A stretch of 60,149 nt of DNA, counting the filler, from Sphacelaria rigidula (Eukaryota): the NCBI GenBank assembly GCA_964200075.2. It is 4 parts of 4 records of this genome, joined end to end, with 100 filler letters (N's around TTAATTAATTAA, not from the genome) between each part and the next. Parts side by side here need not be neighbours in the genome. Positions count along the whole stretch, not along the records: positions 15,064 to 30,025 come from CAXNAA020001973.1; positions 30,126 to 45,087 come from CAXNAA020001974.1; 2 more parts are not named here. One strand, written 5' to 3'. Positions 19,301 through 30,190 of this stretch are shown here, in pieces. The notes under the pieces were generated by a model, which did no database searches, was not told where the DNA came from, and was given only the letters and a program-made list of their open reading frames with translations. Position 1 is the first letter of the stretch; the number at the start of each line of letters is the position of its first letter. The translations under genes and the position numbers were made by a program.

Positions 19301-22300
19301 CCCCGTACCCGAGGTCGTGCAAAATGAGCAGCAAGCTGAGCGCAAATGGAGACCGCAAATGTCTGAAGTGAAGCTTGACTGCCCAATTTGCACAGGGATC
19401 TGAAACACTCCTCTGCCCTGCCGGATGACAGTTTTGAAATCGGTATAGAGGGTAAGGCAGGTACCCGGTACTGGTATTTGGGGCATCTCATACCCCACCA
19501 ATACCGGTCCAATCGGGTATTTTCAATTGTCATACCAACGATACCCACGACACCACGGCATTTCACCTGTCGTACCCGCTCAATCGTTTTTTTTCAAGTG
19601 CCATACCTACGATACCACAATATTTCGAGATACTAGCACCTACCGTACCCGCTTCATCAGATATTTTCAAGACTCATACTTACGATACCACGGTTTGTCG
19701 AAATTTCAATACCTACCGTACCCGCTTAGTCAGATAATTTCGAAATTCATACCCACGATACCCACGCATACCACAGTACGGGATACACCGGTAAATACCG
19801 GGGGTACGCTCGGTACGGTACCTTACCTACGGTTCCCGTGGTCCACTACATGGTCTGTCGTTCAGGGCATAAGCACATGTCACCTACGGGCGAAAGTACT
19901 TCGAGCGCTTTTGTCGATCAGAGGGAGAACCCTGAGCACCTATACAACACCCACAAAACTGGTGAACCTCTGCTCACACCCACACATGTAGCGGATTCCT
20001 ACATGATACAGCCGTCTCGATATGCCGCAAAGTGACATCACTTTTTTACAAGAACTATTAGATCATCATATATCGACCGCATGATCAAATGCGGACTCTC
20101 TACCATACTGTGTGTGTTGTCCCATCTATTCTGGATGCCAGTCTGCACCTTTCGGTACATGTGGGCGCACCAGCCGGAGTCACACAGGAGGAGGGTCAAC
20201 AGAGGAATTTTTCCTTGTTTGTTCTTGGTACTCCACCTTACTTCTGCGGTGCTCGCCTTTATTTTTTATCGCGAGAGGGGTTCAGCAGTCCCTTTCCCTC
20301 GTCGACCGTCAAGTCGTTTTTTTCTTCATTTTCTTTTGTACTTCAATAGAGATTATACACAAAATATTAAATTGCACGTGTAGCAATAGACGACAGAAGA
20401 TATCAATTGATAGACATTGTACACCACAGTAGATTCTCGTATGAATCTATCGACAGTCCTTGCTGTTATCAACAGATTTTGTGCGCAATCAATAAGTAGC
20501 CATTGCCACCACCAATATATTTGGTGCACAATCCATCAATAGTCCTTTTGCGTCATCGATACAGCTGGAAAGTTATCTATCGATATATCTGGTCGGCCGT
20601 AATAGCCTTCCGTGTAGGGCCTGAACAGCCAGGGGCCCGGGAATAAGTTGCAGGAAAGGGGTCTATCGATGGATACTACAGACAACATTAGATAGAAAAA
20701 CCTGTCGATTGGTAGCCTTTTACGGACGGCAATATTGGCGTCAATTGCAATAAATTCTATGATTATCTTGTCATTGCTGGTGCGTCGTCTCTTGTCTCTC
20801 GTTGTCCAGGATGTGCGCGGTTAACGCACTCTGGACATAACTCCAACCGCAACTCAACCCTTCGACAGCGACCCCCGCAGGTGGACTGAAATGGACCATG
20901 TCACATTTGGGGTTTAGAACAGCTCTTGACGCCCCCGCAGGTGGACTGAAATAGAATATGCCACATTCTGGGTTCAGTACAGCTCTTCTTTCGCTACGCA
21001 AAAGGCCCTCTTCATGAACGTGTGGATGTTTGGCATGTATATTCAGTATAGGAATTAGTCCCGGAGAACCCCTGACCGGTTTTGACTCTGCAGTCAACTG
21101 CGTGCAGTCAGTATGTCGTGCATGTCTTCGCTGGATATAATTGCAAAAACAGTCAGCGTGCCATCGCTCTTCATTGAGCACAGCCTACTGCATGCCGCTG
21201 ATATCTCTGCTTAGTGTTCCACAAGAAGGCTACAGAAAATGTCAAGCCATGCTGGCACAACACATGAGGGGTCAGGCAGGCGGCGTAGACCAATAGCAGA
21301 GATGGCACGTTATTTGTGTCCATGTTATCTATGGTTGACTTGTCAGTACAAAAATGAGAAACACGGCTAGGCAGCGAAGTAGTCTACGTGTAGTCCACCT
21401 GAAAGAGAACAAAGTGACCATTTTGATGGCTGTGATTGGTCAGAATGGTCACCCCGCTTCTCTCGACCTCGTTCCCAGCTTATAATTTTCTGTGGAAAAC
21501 TTCCAAATACACATGGTTAACTTGGTGAGCTTTTCGAATATTCCGCGCACAGGCCCCCACCCCATGTCAAAAACCGTCCCCCTCCCCGCCCGCAGAAGGG
21601 AGGTGAAGTACTGAAGCGAAAGAAAAAAGAAGAAACTCCTCTGTTGGCCTTCCTCCTGTGTGTCGTCGGCTGATGCGTCTACATATACCAAGAGGTGTAG
21701 ACTGGCGTCCAGAATGGATGCTAATCAACACACACAAACACACACTGTTGCAGTCTTACGCCAAAAAAAAGAGAAGTCAACTGCCAAGATTCACGCATAC
21801 AAAAATCATACGCCTCATGTATCTTTCGACGGTTCAACAGGGTTTAGTACTGTATTTTCAGTACAAATCAAGGGCTATTTTGATTGTGGATTTCTCCGCC
21901 GTGTCTGCTCGAACCAGCCTGAAACTTGGCACAGAGGTAGACCACAACACAGACAGCATAGTCCCGGAGCGGCGGCACGTTTCACGTGGTGCGCTAGTTG
22001 CACGAAGCAAAATATGGATTTTGGGTAATGCTATCGATACGCCCTCAAAACGTAGTCCCCTCGGCCCAGACTACGTGAGACGTCAATGGATGCATATCTT
22101 GACACGCAGATACGCTCACTTCCTGCTGGGTGGCTCCTGCCTCGGCAAACGAACACATCGATCCGTGTTGCGCACCTCTGGATGATGTCATTCTACGCGG
22201 TACCTATCTTGGTATCGCCTGTAGAGGTGCTCACTTCAGGAGACACGGCCGGGCAAGCGCTGTTAGTGCTTTTACGTGCTGAAACTTCGACCACATGTCA

Positions 22301-23961
22301 TGTAGACTACAGACAACAACCCCCTCTTCCTCAATTTGGGGTTGCGCGGTGTGTGCTTGCGTATTGGGACGAAAAGATGTCGGATTATGTTCCGATTTTT
22401 TTTTCTTTTTTTTTGACGTAAGACGGAGGGAGAGGGTGATAGCGACATACCTACTGACTCATTTTAGTCTGCTACTGACTGTACAGCATTGCCAAAGTGG
22501 TACAACAGTTGGGCAGTAGCGAGCGCGGAAGATTCAAATAAGTCATTTCATACCGCGAATAGCAGGTTGGCTTTACGGTTCCGGAAACATGACAAGCACA
22601 AATGGTCGTTGATGCAGCCCTAAAAAAATGCTGATTTCCTCTCTTATTTTATTATTCTCAAAATCAGGCGTGTCTTAGACGCAGTTGGCATTAATCAATC
22701 ATTACACTGCTCTACTAATATGTATGTTCGGCGTCAGGTACATTGCGCAATGCGCGTGCTGCCATAGCACATGATATCCCTTCGTTGCCCTCGAACCCAT
22801 GGCACGAGACGGTGTCTTAGCATAACTAACCTTGCACACACAAGGGTTTCACTACAATGCCGTCACATCCTCGCAAGAGGAACGGGGCGGAGGAAGGGGG
22901 GGGGGGGTCCATAAAAACACATAAAAGAGCTCGGGGCAATAGGACACCCATCTTGTCTTTCTTGCGATCATGGTACATTACCAAGGGCTGAGCTGTGTGG
23001 TGCTCGGGGGTGCTAGCGCATGCTTCGATGTTGTGCATGCAAAACATGCGACCCTGCAGCGCACTTGTGGTGTTGAACTATAACGTACTCAACTGGTTGT
23101 CGTGCCCTGCGGGGACAAACAGGTTCTCGAGCAAATGTCTCGTTGATGTTCAAGAAGGGTTTCGTTAAATCAACAACTCGACGCGAGGCCTTCTTGGTAT
23201 CATACCGTTGTCCGTTTTAAATTTGGGATACTTACTGTGGAATCAAACGTAAAGAGAAGTGGAAGCAAGGACATGCACGGGCTCAGCATCCAAGCCCCAT
23301 GACAATGCCTTCTCATTCGGCAGTAATTTCCATCGACACCAACGCTAGCATTCCAAGGGGGGCGGTGGCGGTACACGCGTTGCGGTTGCACGCTGTGACA
23401 TACACACAGAACTCGCATACACGCCTTAGACTGCATTTCACGCCAATCCATGCGGGTGCCTCCGTGCCTCAGCTCACTGGTCACGAACACTACTTCACTT
23501 TGAAGAAGAGGACACGCCATAGTATCATCACTACTGTACAGATCTTATAGTATGCCGTACGTGATAGAACGCACAACAAAATGGACAACGCATCACGAGT
23601 AGACGAGTGAAGAGTGCACTACTTGTGCAACATCGCGGAGAGCGTCCAATTCAGCAGGGGTAGAGGTGAAAAGTGCAGTACAGACAGGGCAGTTGACATT
23701 TTTAGCAAAAGTCAAGCCAGAGCAAGGTGTTTATAAAAACATCAAAACCCATGCAAAACTCACCGGTACACCATGACCCCGCCGAGTCTGCCCCCCTCCT
23801 GTCCCGCTCCCTGGCCCACCACTAGCCCTCACAGCCGCCGCAGCAGGCCTCCCCCCCGTCTGAACTCTACCAGGACCAACAGGCGGCCGATTCCTATTCG
23901 AGTTCGAGACCGAGGTCGATGCGCCTTCAGCGCCGGAGGCACTGGTTGCAGTATTGCCCAT
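16378..23961 (-). CDS. 3'-partial multi-exon gene: MGN-start (predicted N-myristoylated) protein with a VPPGVRPG-F-V...V-CP module; possibly a stramenopile HECT-type E3 ligase
   Basis: Three phase-0 exons: 23764-23961 (MGNTATSASG...HGVP, donor GTGAGT); 17094-17237 (strong pyrimidine tract + TAG; VDQNPG...YTVTVPPGVRPGEEFQVMAGGLPMV, donor GTGAGT); 16378-16473 (VRCPPDVSGGSRIMVLVPRQ...NAQ, donor GTAATA). The HECT link comes only from my recollection of diatom proteins with this N-terminal module; no HECT domain is visible here. Confidence 0.7.
17575..17720 (+). repeat. Dispersed ATCGAT-rich repeat, copy 1
   Basis: attgtacacagcagtagattgttggatgtgtctatcgatagtcaccgccgtcatcaaaagat...ccattgtc...tggtgaacaat aligns with the copy at 20400-20545. 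CTATCGATA motifs are scattered over about 17440-18310. Confidence 0.7.
19447..19830. mobile_element. MITE-like element with TACC/GGTA motifs and a 73-bp internal periodicity
   Basis: Imperfect terminal inverted match GGTAAGGCAGGTACC ... GGTACGGTACCTTACC. CGTACCCGCT occurs at 19571, 19644 and 19717 (period 73). Confidence 0.6.
20109..20250 (+). repeat. Short interspersed repeat with (TG)n head, copy A
   Basis: tgtgtgttgtcccatctattctggatgccagtctgcacctttcggta...cacacaggaggagggtcaacagagga...cttctgcgg; matches 21590-21760 (inverted) and 29968-30025. Confidence 0.85.
20400..20545 (+). repeat. Dispersed ATCGAT-rich repeat, copy 2
   Basis: attgtacaccacagtagattctcgtatgaatctatcgacagtccttgctgttatcaacagat...ccattgcc...tggtgcacaat; diverged direct copy of 17575-17720. 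Confidence 0.7.
20872..20987. repeat. 60-bp tandem duplication
   Basis: CCCCCGCAGGTGGACTGAAAT...ACAGCTCTT starts at 20872 and at 20932. Confidence 0.9.
21590..21760 (-). repeat. Short interspersed repeat with (TG)n head, copy B (inverted relative to copy A)
   Basis: Reverse complement reads tgtgtgttgattagcatccattctggacgccagtctacacctcttggta...cacacaggaggaaggccaacagagga...cttctgcgg. Confidence 0.85.
21751..22426. mobile_element. MITE with ~22-bp terminal inverted repeats
   Basis: Left CAGTCTTACGCCAAAAAAAAGA; right TCTTTTTTTTTGACGTAAGACGG (reverse complement CCGTCTTACGTCAAAAAAAAAGA). No clear target-site duplication. Confidence 0.65.
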
Positions 23962-24498
23962 GCTCTAGTGACACGCCAAAACCTCAACGACGGTGCCTCT
24001 TCTAGTTGCTGCAACCTATGCTCAAGATAGCTCCCCGATACCAGGTCGCTCCCTTTCCACTAGCTTGTCTCCCTCCTTCTCTCGTCCGCTATTGAGTCCC
24101 CGCCTGACCAGTGTGAGAATTTCGGCTCCGGCACGTTCCCCGTAGGATGGTATGAGTCCGCAGAACAAACAACGACGTATACGTTTTGCTTCCTCGATCA
24201 GTGGAGGAACTCCTTCAGGATCCTCACTTGAAGACGAGATTCAGATGCGCTATGCTGAGTGCATACAGATCACTGCGTGTGTAGATTGTCGTGGGCTCGG
24301 TGTTGCCTTCTTCGGCAGAAGACCGTCCTCGGTCCGTGCCTGGAAAATCACAGAATAATGACACATAAACAGGGCTCAACACAATGGCACATGACAATCG
24401 TATGTATGTAGGCGGCATCTCTGCCTGGGGTGTGTTGAGCTCGGTGCAGGAGAGGCGTGTCGCTGGTCGAGCGAGCTTTCCAAAGGTGACTACAAATC
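23962..24498. promoter_or_regulatory. Putative bidirectional promoter / shared 5' region
   Basis: 537 nt between divergent start codons (ATG at 23961 on minus, ATG at 24499 on plus). Confidence 0.55.
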
Positions 24499-25516
24499 AT
24501 GGCGGAAAAGCACCAGGAGACCCTCCAGAAGGCTTTCCAAGCCATGGGCGAGAATGTAGATAAAAATCACGTCAGGCCATTGCAGAAGGTATGTCCGCAT
24601 AAAAACTGTGGCTATTATTTGGCATTAAAGTGTTTTGTGTGGATGTTGGACTCAAGGTTCGCGGACTTGGGACCGCTCCTATTTATCTAATCCAAACTGG
24701 CGGTGTGGCTGTGAGTTGTTGTCTGCTGTAACCAATTTTGTAACTTGTGCAACGAGTCTGTAACTTATGCAACGAATTACAGAAATCGAGATGTAGAAGG
24801 TGCATCCATCATGTATGGTGTAGTCGAAAAGCGGCAGGTTATTTGCTACATGCCATAAGCCCTTGTCAACATCACGCAGCAACACGAAGGACAGGCTGCG
24901 CCTGATCTCTGAGTGGTCATCCTGACATGAACACGGCATTGCTGTCGTTAAAATGTACAAGGTATTGGACCGAGCATTCTTGCTTGGACCGTCTACATTA
25001 ACGTGCCATTCACTTCATCGGAGCCGAGTCATGCTCGCAGTCCTGCCTCGATTTCTTCCCGCGTGTGGTACTTCCGTAATAGACTTCGACTTGAGGCTTA
25101 TCCCTTCCATACTTTCATCATTTATATCTTGACCAACATATGAGGTACGCTCCGCAGGTTCCGAAGTGTTCAGTCGAGTGCTGTCACCATCATAGGGCAC
25201 GTGTCAACACAGCAGCTCCGCGTCGACACGAAGATTTAGATTTGTTCTCGCTTTTGTAATTCTATTTCCATGCCATTATTTTCTTTTCCACGATGCTCGG
25301 TATACCTGGCCTGCATCCGAGTTGCAAGTCGTGCCCAAGCTATATGCTGAAAGAGTGGGATGGGGGGGGGGGGGGGGGGCTTATTATTCCCCCACCTGTT
25401 CCCCCACTCCCTTTCTAGCTCCCGCTTGCTGCTCTTGTACGTGGTGGATGGCCCNNNNNNNNNNGGTGTCCGTTGGGCAGTGCGGTGAGGCCGGGGGGCG
25501 GGCCGTCCGCGGGAAT

Positions 25517-25553
<37 letters not shown>

Positions 25554-27041
25554 CTTATGATTACTCGACATGTTCCTCTACGCTCTTTCTAGATCCGCCT
25601 TGCTGCTCTTGTACGTGATGGATGTCACTTCCAGAACAATCAAATACAACAGCCACTGCGAGGAATGTTTCAGCACAAAGTTCTCTTTCGCGTGGAACGA
25701 TCAATCCAGACTCTTTGACGACAGCTTTGTCCTCCTGCCGTACAATAATGCTAACTATGCACATCTCGGGCTGCACTACGCGGCGTGTACACCTCTTGAA
25801 AACTTGCGCAGCGCGATATTCCCCAAGAACTCCGGAGGTGGCATGAACAGCGAACTTAAACTGGCTCTAAAAGCATTGTTCGCCAAGGTCCCCTTGCAAC
25901 GTTCCCAGGTCCGGCCCCCTCCCGTTGTTCCCCCGAGGCGGCAGATTTTAATGGAATGATTTTGAATTTGCCCACCCCGTTTGTATGTACGGTCAAATCC
26001 TTGGAGCTGTGAGCATGCTTCAGCCAACATGACGAATCTGACTGACGCAGGTTGCCGTGTTTCTCTTTCGCTGTACGCGGAGATTCTCACGCTCCTTGAA
26101 CAGAAACGGTTGTAGTCAGTCATGTCGTGATCGATGGAACAGAGATTGATTTGCATCACAGTCAGTATATGGTCCTGTGCGACTCTGTGCAGGAACGCTC
26201 GAGTACGGTCGTACCGCAGATGAGAGACAGGAAAGATATACTAATACCTGAAACAACCAAGACGCGAAAACGGAAGTGAACTGACGAAGGGCTTCAACAG
26301 GAGTTCGCACAAAAAGCGCTCTCATGAGATCAGTTGGGAGAGACCAGTCTGAGAAGACCCACTGCAGCAGCAGTCTCATGAGAATGCTCATCACACGGGG
26401 TGGTGTGTTGACCATACAAACAGGTGGTTTTTCTCTAAAGAAGGACTACGTGGAATTCCTCAACCGCATGAGTATCCGTGCAGAAAATTTGCGGTACGAG
26501 GTGGCTCAATGTTAGATCTTGTATCTTGGACTCCATGCTCACGATGGATGCACCACTGAGTGTTGAACTGACTGCCCAGGCGAAAAAAGACTTGAAAAAG
26601 TTGACACACTAGGCTGGGCAACCCCGCAAAGATATATTCTTCTCCCAGCGTGTCGATTGATCAATGAGTGAACGATAGGTGGCCGCAGCCAATTGTGCGC
26701 TGCGCTACCCAACCACCAAACCGTCGACCACCATTGGCACCCATGCGCTGCGCGCTGCATGTGTGAAGTGAGCGGCGGATGATCTGACGTTCTTCCACCA
26801 GCTGTGGCAAAATGCGACGCATTCCTCACCACCTTCACCAGTACGTTTGTTCCTGCTCGAAACGAAACAAATCAACACTTGCCTCTACGACGACATAAAA
26901 CAGGCGGCCTATTTGTGCATGGCGAAGTGCTACGATAACCCCAAAGCGAGCGCAGCTCAAGTCCAGGCGTGTGCGCAGCGGTGCGAGCAACCCCTCCAAC
27001 AGGTCAATCATTGCGTTCAACAGGAGATCAATTCTTTCCAG
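24499..27041 (+). CDS. FAM136A: FAM136A / DUF842-like protein, 3'-partial (exons 24499-24588 and 26904-27041)
   Basis: Exon 1 MAEKHQETLQKAFQAMGENVDKNHVRPLQK (donor GTATGT) joins exon 2 AAYLCMAKCYDNPKASAAQVQACAQRCEQPLQQVNHCVQQEINSFQ (CAG/GTACTA), both phase 0. The twin CX3C pattern and the 'RPLQK..Y.C.A.C.D....V..C...C..PL...Q..VQ.E...FQ' signature are typical of DUF842. The last exon was not found. Confidence 0.85.
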
Positions 27042-29956
27042 GTACTAACCCCCCTCCTGCTGTGCATGTGTGTGTATAGAGTACATGTGTTCGTGATGTA
27101 GAGATTCCCCCCCCCCCCTCACTCCCGCCCCTCTGGATCTTGGTTGTTATCGTGTGTTGGTTTGTCAACGGCGTTTCTCCAGGTATCACATGCTGCATGT
27201 AGCGCACGTAGGTGACGGGAGAGGTTGCACTCCCCGCCACAACATCTGTATATTTCGAAATAACACCCGAAGTCTACCGCAAGAAGTCGCTGTCTTGAAC
27301 AAAAAGTATTGCAAGCTAGGTTCTAAGTGTCATTCCATCGGCCGGTCATGCGCGTGCCGAGATTTTACGCGGAATATGTATCTTACTGCAGTGTCAACTT
27401 CCTCCGACACTAGAGCGCTACAGAGAATGGTGCGACGCCGAATACCTGTCAATTTCGTCCGGCGAAGATCCCTTTTGATACTGTCGTACGTGCATGATTT
27501 TTTTTTGCAGTATTGTACGAAGTCACTGTTGGAAAAATCGAGGCTTCAAAGTAATTACCAACGGCGGCGGGATATTGACGTGTGTGTATTGCTGGCGGCA
27601 CCGCAAAAACGAAGAAGCATATACCCGGAAACCCACCGGAAACGACGCGCACGACACCCTGTATTCTACTGTCATGAGGCACGGAGGCTTCGGAATCGGT
27701 TGACAAACTGCACGTACTGGACCTACGCTAACGATTTGCCAAGAGAGGAAATGTGTGAGCGGAAATTCCGACGCTGAGGCAAGGTGTTCTTACGGCGACG
27801 TGAATTTTATTGTGCCCTGGTCCAAAAATCCGATCGGTCAACATGGCGATTTTGCAGTTTTTTTGTACCGCTACAACCCACAACTGTCCGCACATGCCGA
27901 CGAGCGGAGTCAGCCCTTCTGCATAACGTACCGACGCACTTACTGGGGCGGCATGCCACATCTCGGGGCATGGGTTGAGCCGTGTTGACCGCGACCGTCG
28001 TGGTGCTCCCACTCGTGAGAGGTGTCGAGCCTTCACCTCGTTTGTTCCTCGACCCGATATTTGTAGAGAAGGGCGATGTGAAAAAACTTGGAGGTCCGCC
28101 ACTACCCGCAGCGGCATAACGGCCGCGATCCACTACAGGACAAGGAGTAGGTGTGGTTTTAGTGAAATAGACAAGGATCTATTTTAAACCACACAGTCTC
28201 AGTGGGGAGGGGGTTGATAGGGTCATCCACGGTAAAAGTTTATGCGAGCAGTTGAGATCCATTTTTGGCTTCCCCTTATGTGAAAGGAAGACTTGACGAG
28301 TCTTGTTATACAGGATGTTTGTAAACGGTTTTCACATCCGGGAATACAGGACAGCGGGGCACTATAGCGAGATAAAATAGCAGTCAAGATCAACGGAATA
28401 TATTACTCTGAGCTAGTGTAATATAAAGACTGTGACCGCAATGTCTGCCGTGTAGGGTTCAGTAGAGATCCAGAACATGATGGAGCAGCAGGCAATGTTG
28501 CTTTCGAGGGATAGTGCAATTTTTTTCTCTATATAGCACGCACATCGCTAATTATTCACCTGTGAAATGGTGAAAGAGTGGAGAAGTGAAGGAGCACCAG
28601 CAAGGAGTAGTGTCGGTACGACTCCCGGGTCACGGATGAGTGGTCGTAAGGCCGTAGTGAAGGTTCTAGTATGAATAGCAAGCAAGCTTCGAAATCGAAC
28701 AATGGTTCGTGGCCCGACGCCACCCGCAGCAATGCGCTTCGTGTAACGGTACAAACTGTTTAAAACGGACCTGCTACCCAAACGATACGTAACTGAGACC
28801 TATTGTCTTGATCCGCATATCTCACTGTAAATTTATTACCGGTGAAAACGACACAACATTGCCTCTGTTGTATTATTTGTAGTACGGAGGCATTCCACCG
28901 TTTGGCTGCCAGGTTGAGTCATATGTAGAATCGGCATCGTGTCTACTTGAACAATATCTACAATAGGACCCATACCCCCGCTGGCGGTCAAACTGTTGAA
29001 TGTCATTCGCAAGCCAAGTTGGGGTGGGTATCCAGCGATAACACCAGAGCAGAACGGTCTACCCTTTGCCTCAAGACCCGGCATGCAGCTCCGGTGAATA
29101 TACCGATCGTCACGTGATCAAGAAGAGCTGACACCAATCCACGACATGTGCCGGGAGTTGTGGCCCGTGTAGTGTATGGCACAGCGATATTTCGTGAAAG
29201 AAAATAGAAAAATCGGCGTGTGAGCCGATTGGTAATTTTGATTGGGAAGAAAGACTGACATTGCTCCAAGAAGTGGCCGTGGGCGGGTGTCTCGTCGAAA
29301 GAAGGAGAAAAAATAATGGAAACAAGAAGAACGAGCAAGGCAGCTTGCCTGCCCACAACAAAACATTTTTTCTTGAAAGAACGGTGATCCCTCAGGACCT
29401 GGGCGCCGTCGGAAACGGGTCTGGAAATTCAACGGGCGTGACTGAACCACGTGACTGAAACACGGTCACACCCACGAAAACGAGCCCGAGCAAACAAGCA
29501 CAGACGCCCACAGCACAAGCGGATCACGCCTAGCGCTGTAATTGCTCTTGCTTATCCATACACAGTGCTGTTTGTTTCCAGTGATCCGTTCGGTATTGGA
29601 ACAAGGTGTGGCCGTATGTATGTAGCAAGAGTTGCTCACGGTGGAGTCCTTGACAGTTTTGTGGGTGTCCTGTACAGCGCTCGTCTGACATGAATGATGG
29701 TCTCGATCCCTTTTGAACCGATTCGCACGGAGCCAGTGACATCGTTCTTCAGTGGATCAACAGCTACGACTTGCGCTATTCACTGCTGTCTATCCAGGAA
29801 CAGTGCTGTGATGCATGTCTGTCACATGGTTCAGACCTCAGACAAATGCTCACATCTACAAGGTGCATGTTTTCACCTTGTTGCACAGAAGCTATGATCA
29901 GCCGTCGCCCCAGGTAGTTGCGTGTTCATGTGTGACTGGTATTGCCGTTGATGCCA

Positions 29957-30025
29957 TAAGACCGCAGCAGTGTGTGTGTGTGTTGTCGTCCCATTTATTC
30001 TGGGCACCAGTCTGCACCTTTCGGT
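29957..30025 (+). repeat. Short interspersed repeat with (TG)n head, copy C (cut by linker)
   Basis: taagaccgcagcagtgtgtgtgtgtgttgtcgtcccatttattctgggcaccagtctgcacctttcggt matches copies A and B. Confidence 0.85.
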
Positions 30026-30125
30026 NNNNNNNNNNNNNNNNNNNNNNNNNNNNNNNNNNNNNNNNNNNNTTAATTAATTAANNNNNNNNNNNNNNNNNNN
30101 NNNNNNNNNNNNNNNNNNNNNNNNN
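30026..30125. other. Artificial linker
   Basis: N44-TTAATTAATTAA-N44. Confidence 0.97.
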
Positions 30126-30190
30126 ATCTACAGGATGCCCTTGTCCCCTGATCATCATCCAGGATCCAATATATACTCAACCGTTACGGC

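Noticed and set aside
25362-25630. Apparent ~80-bp duplication after poly-G runs on both sides of a 10-N gap (similar junctions at ~9176-9330 and ~35773-35940)
   Set aside because: Typical low-quality overlapping contig ends at G/C homopolymers. The poly-Pro/poly-Gly ORFs there are artefacts.
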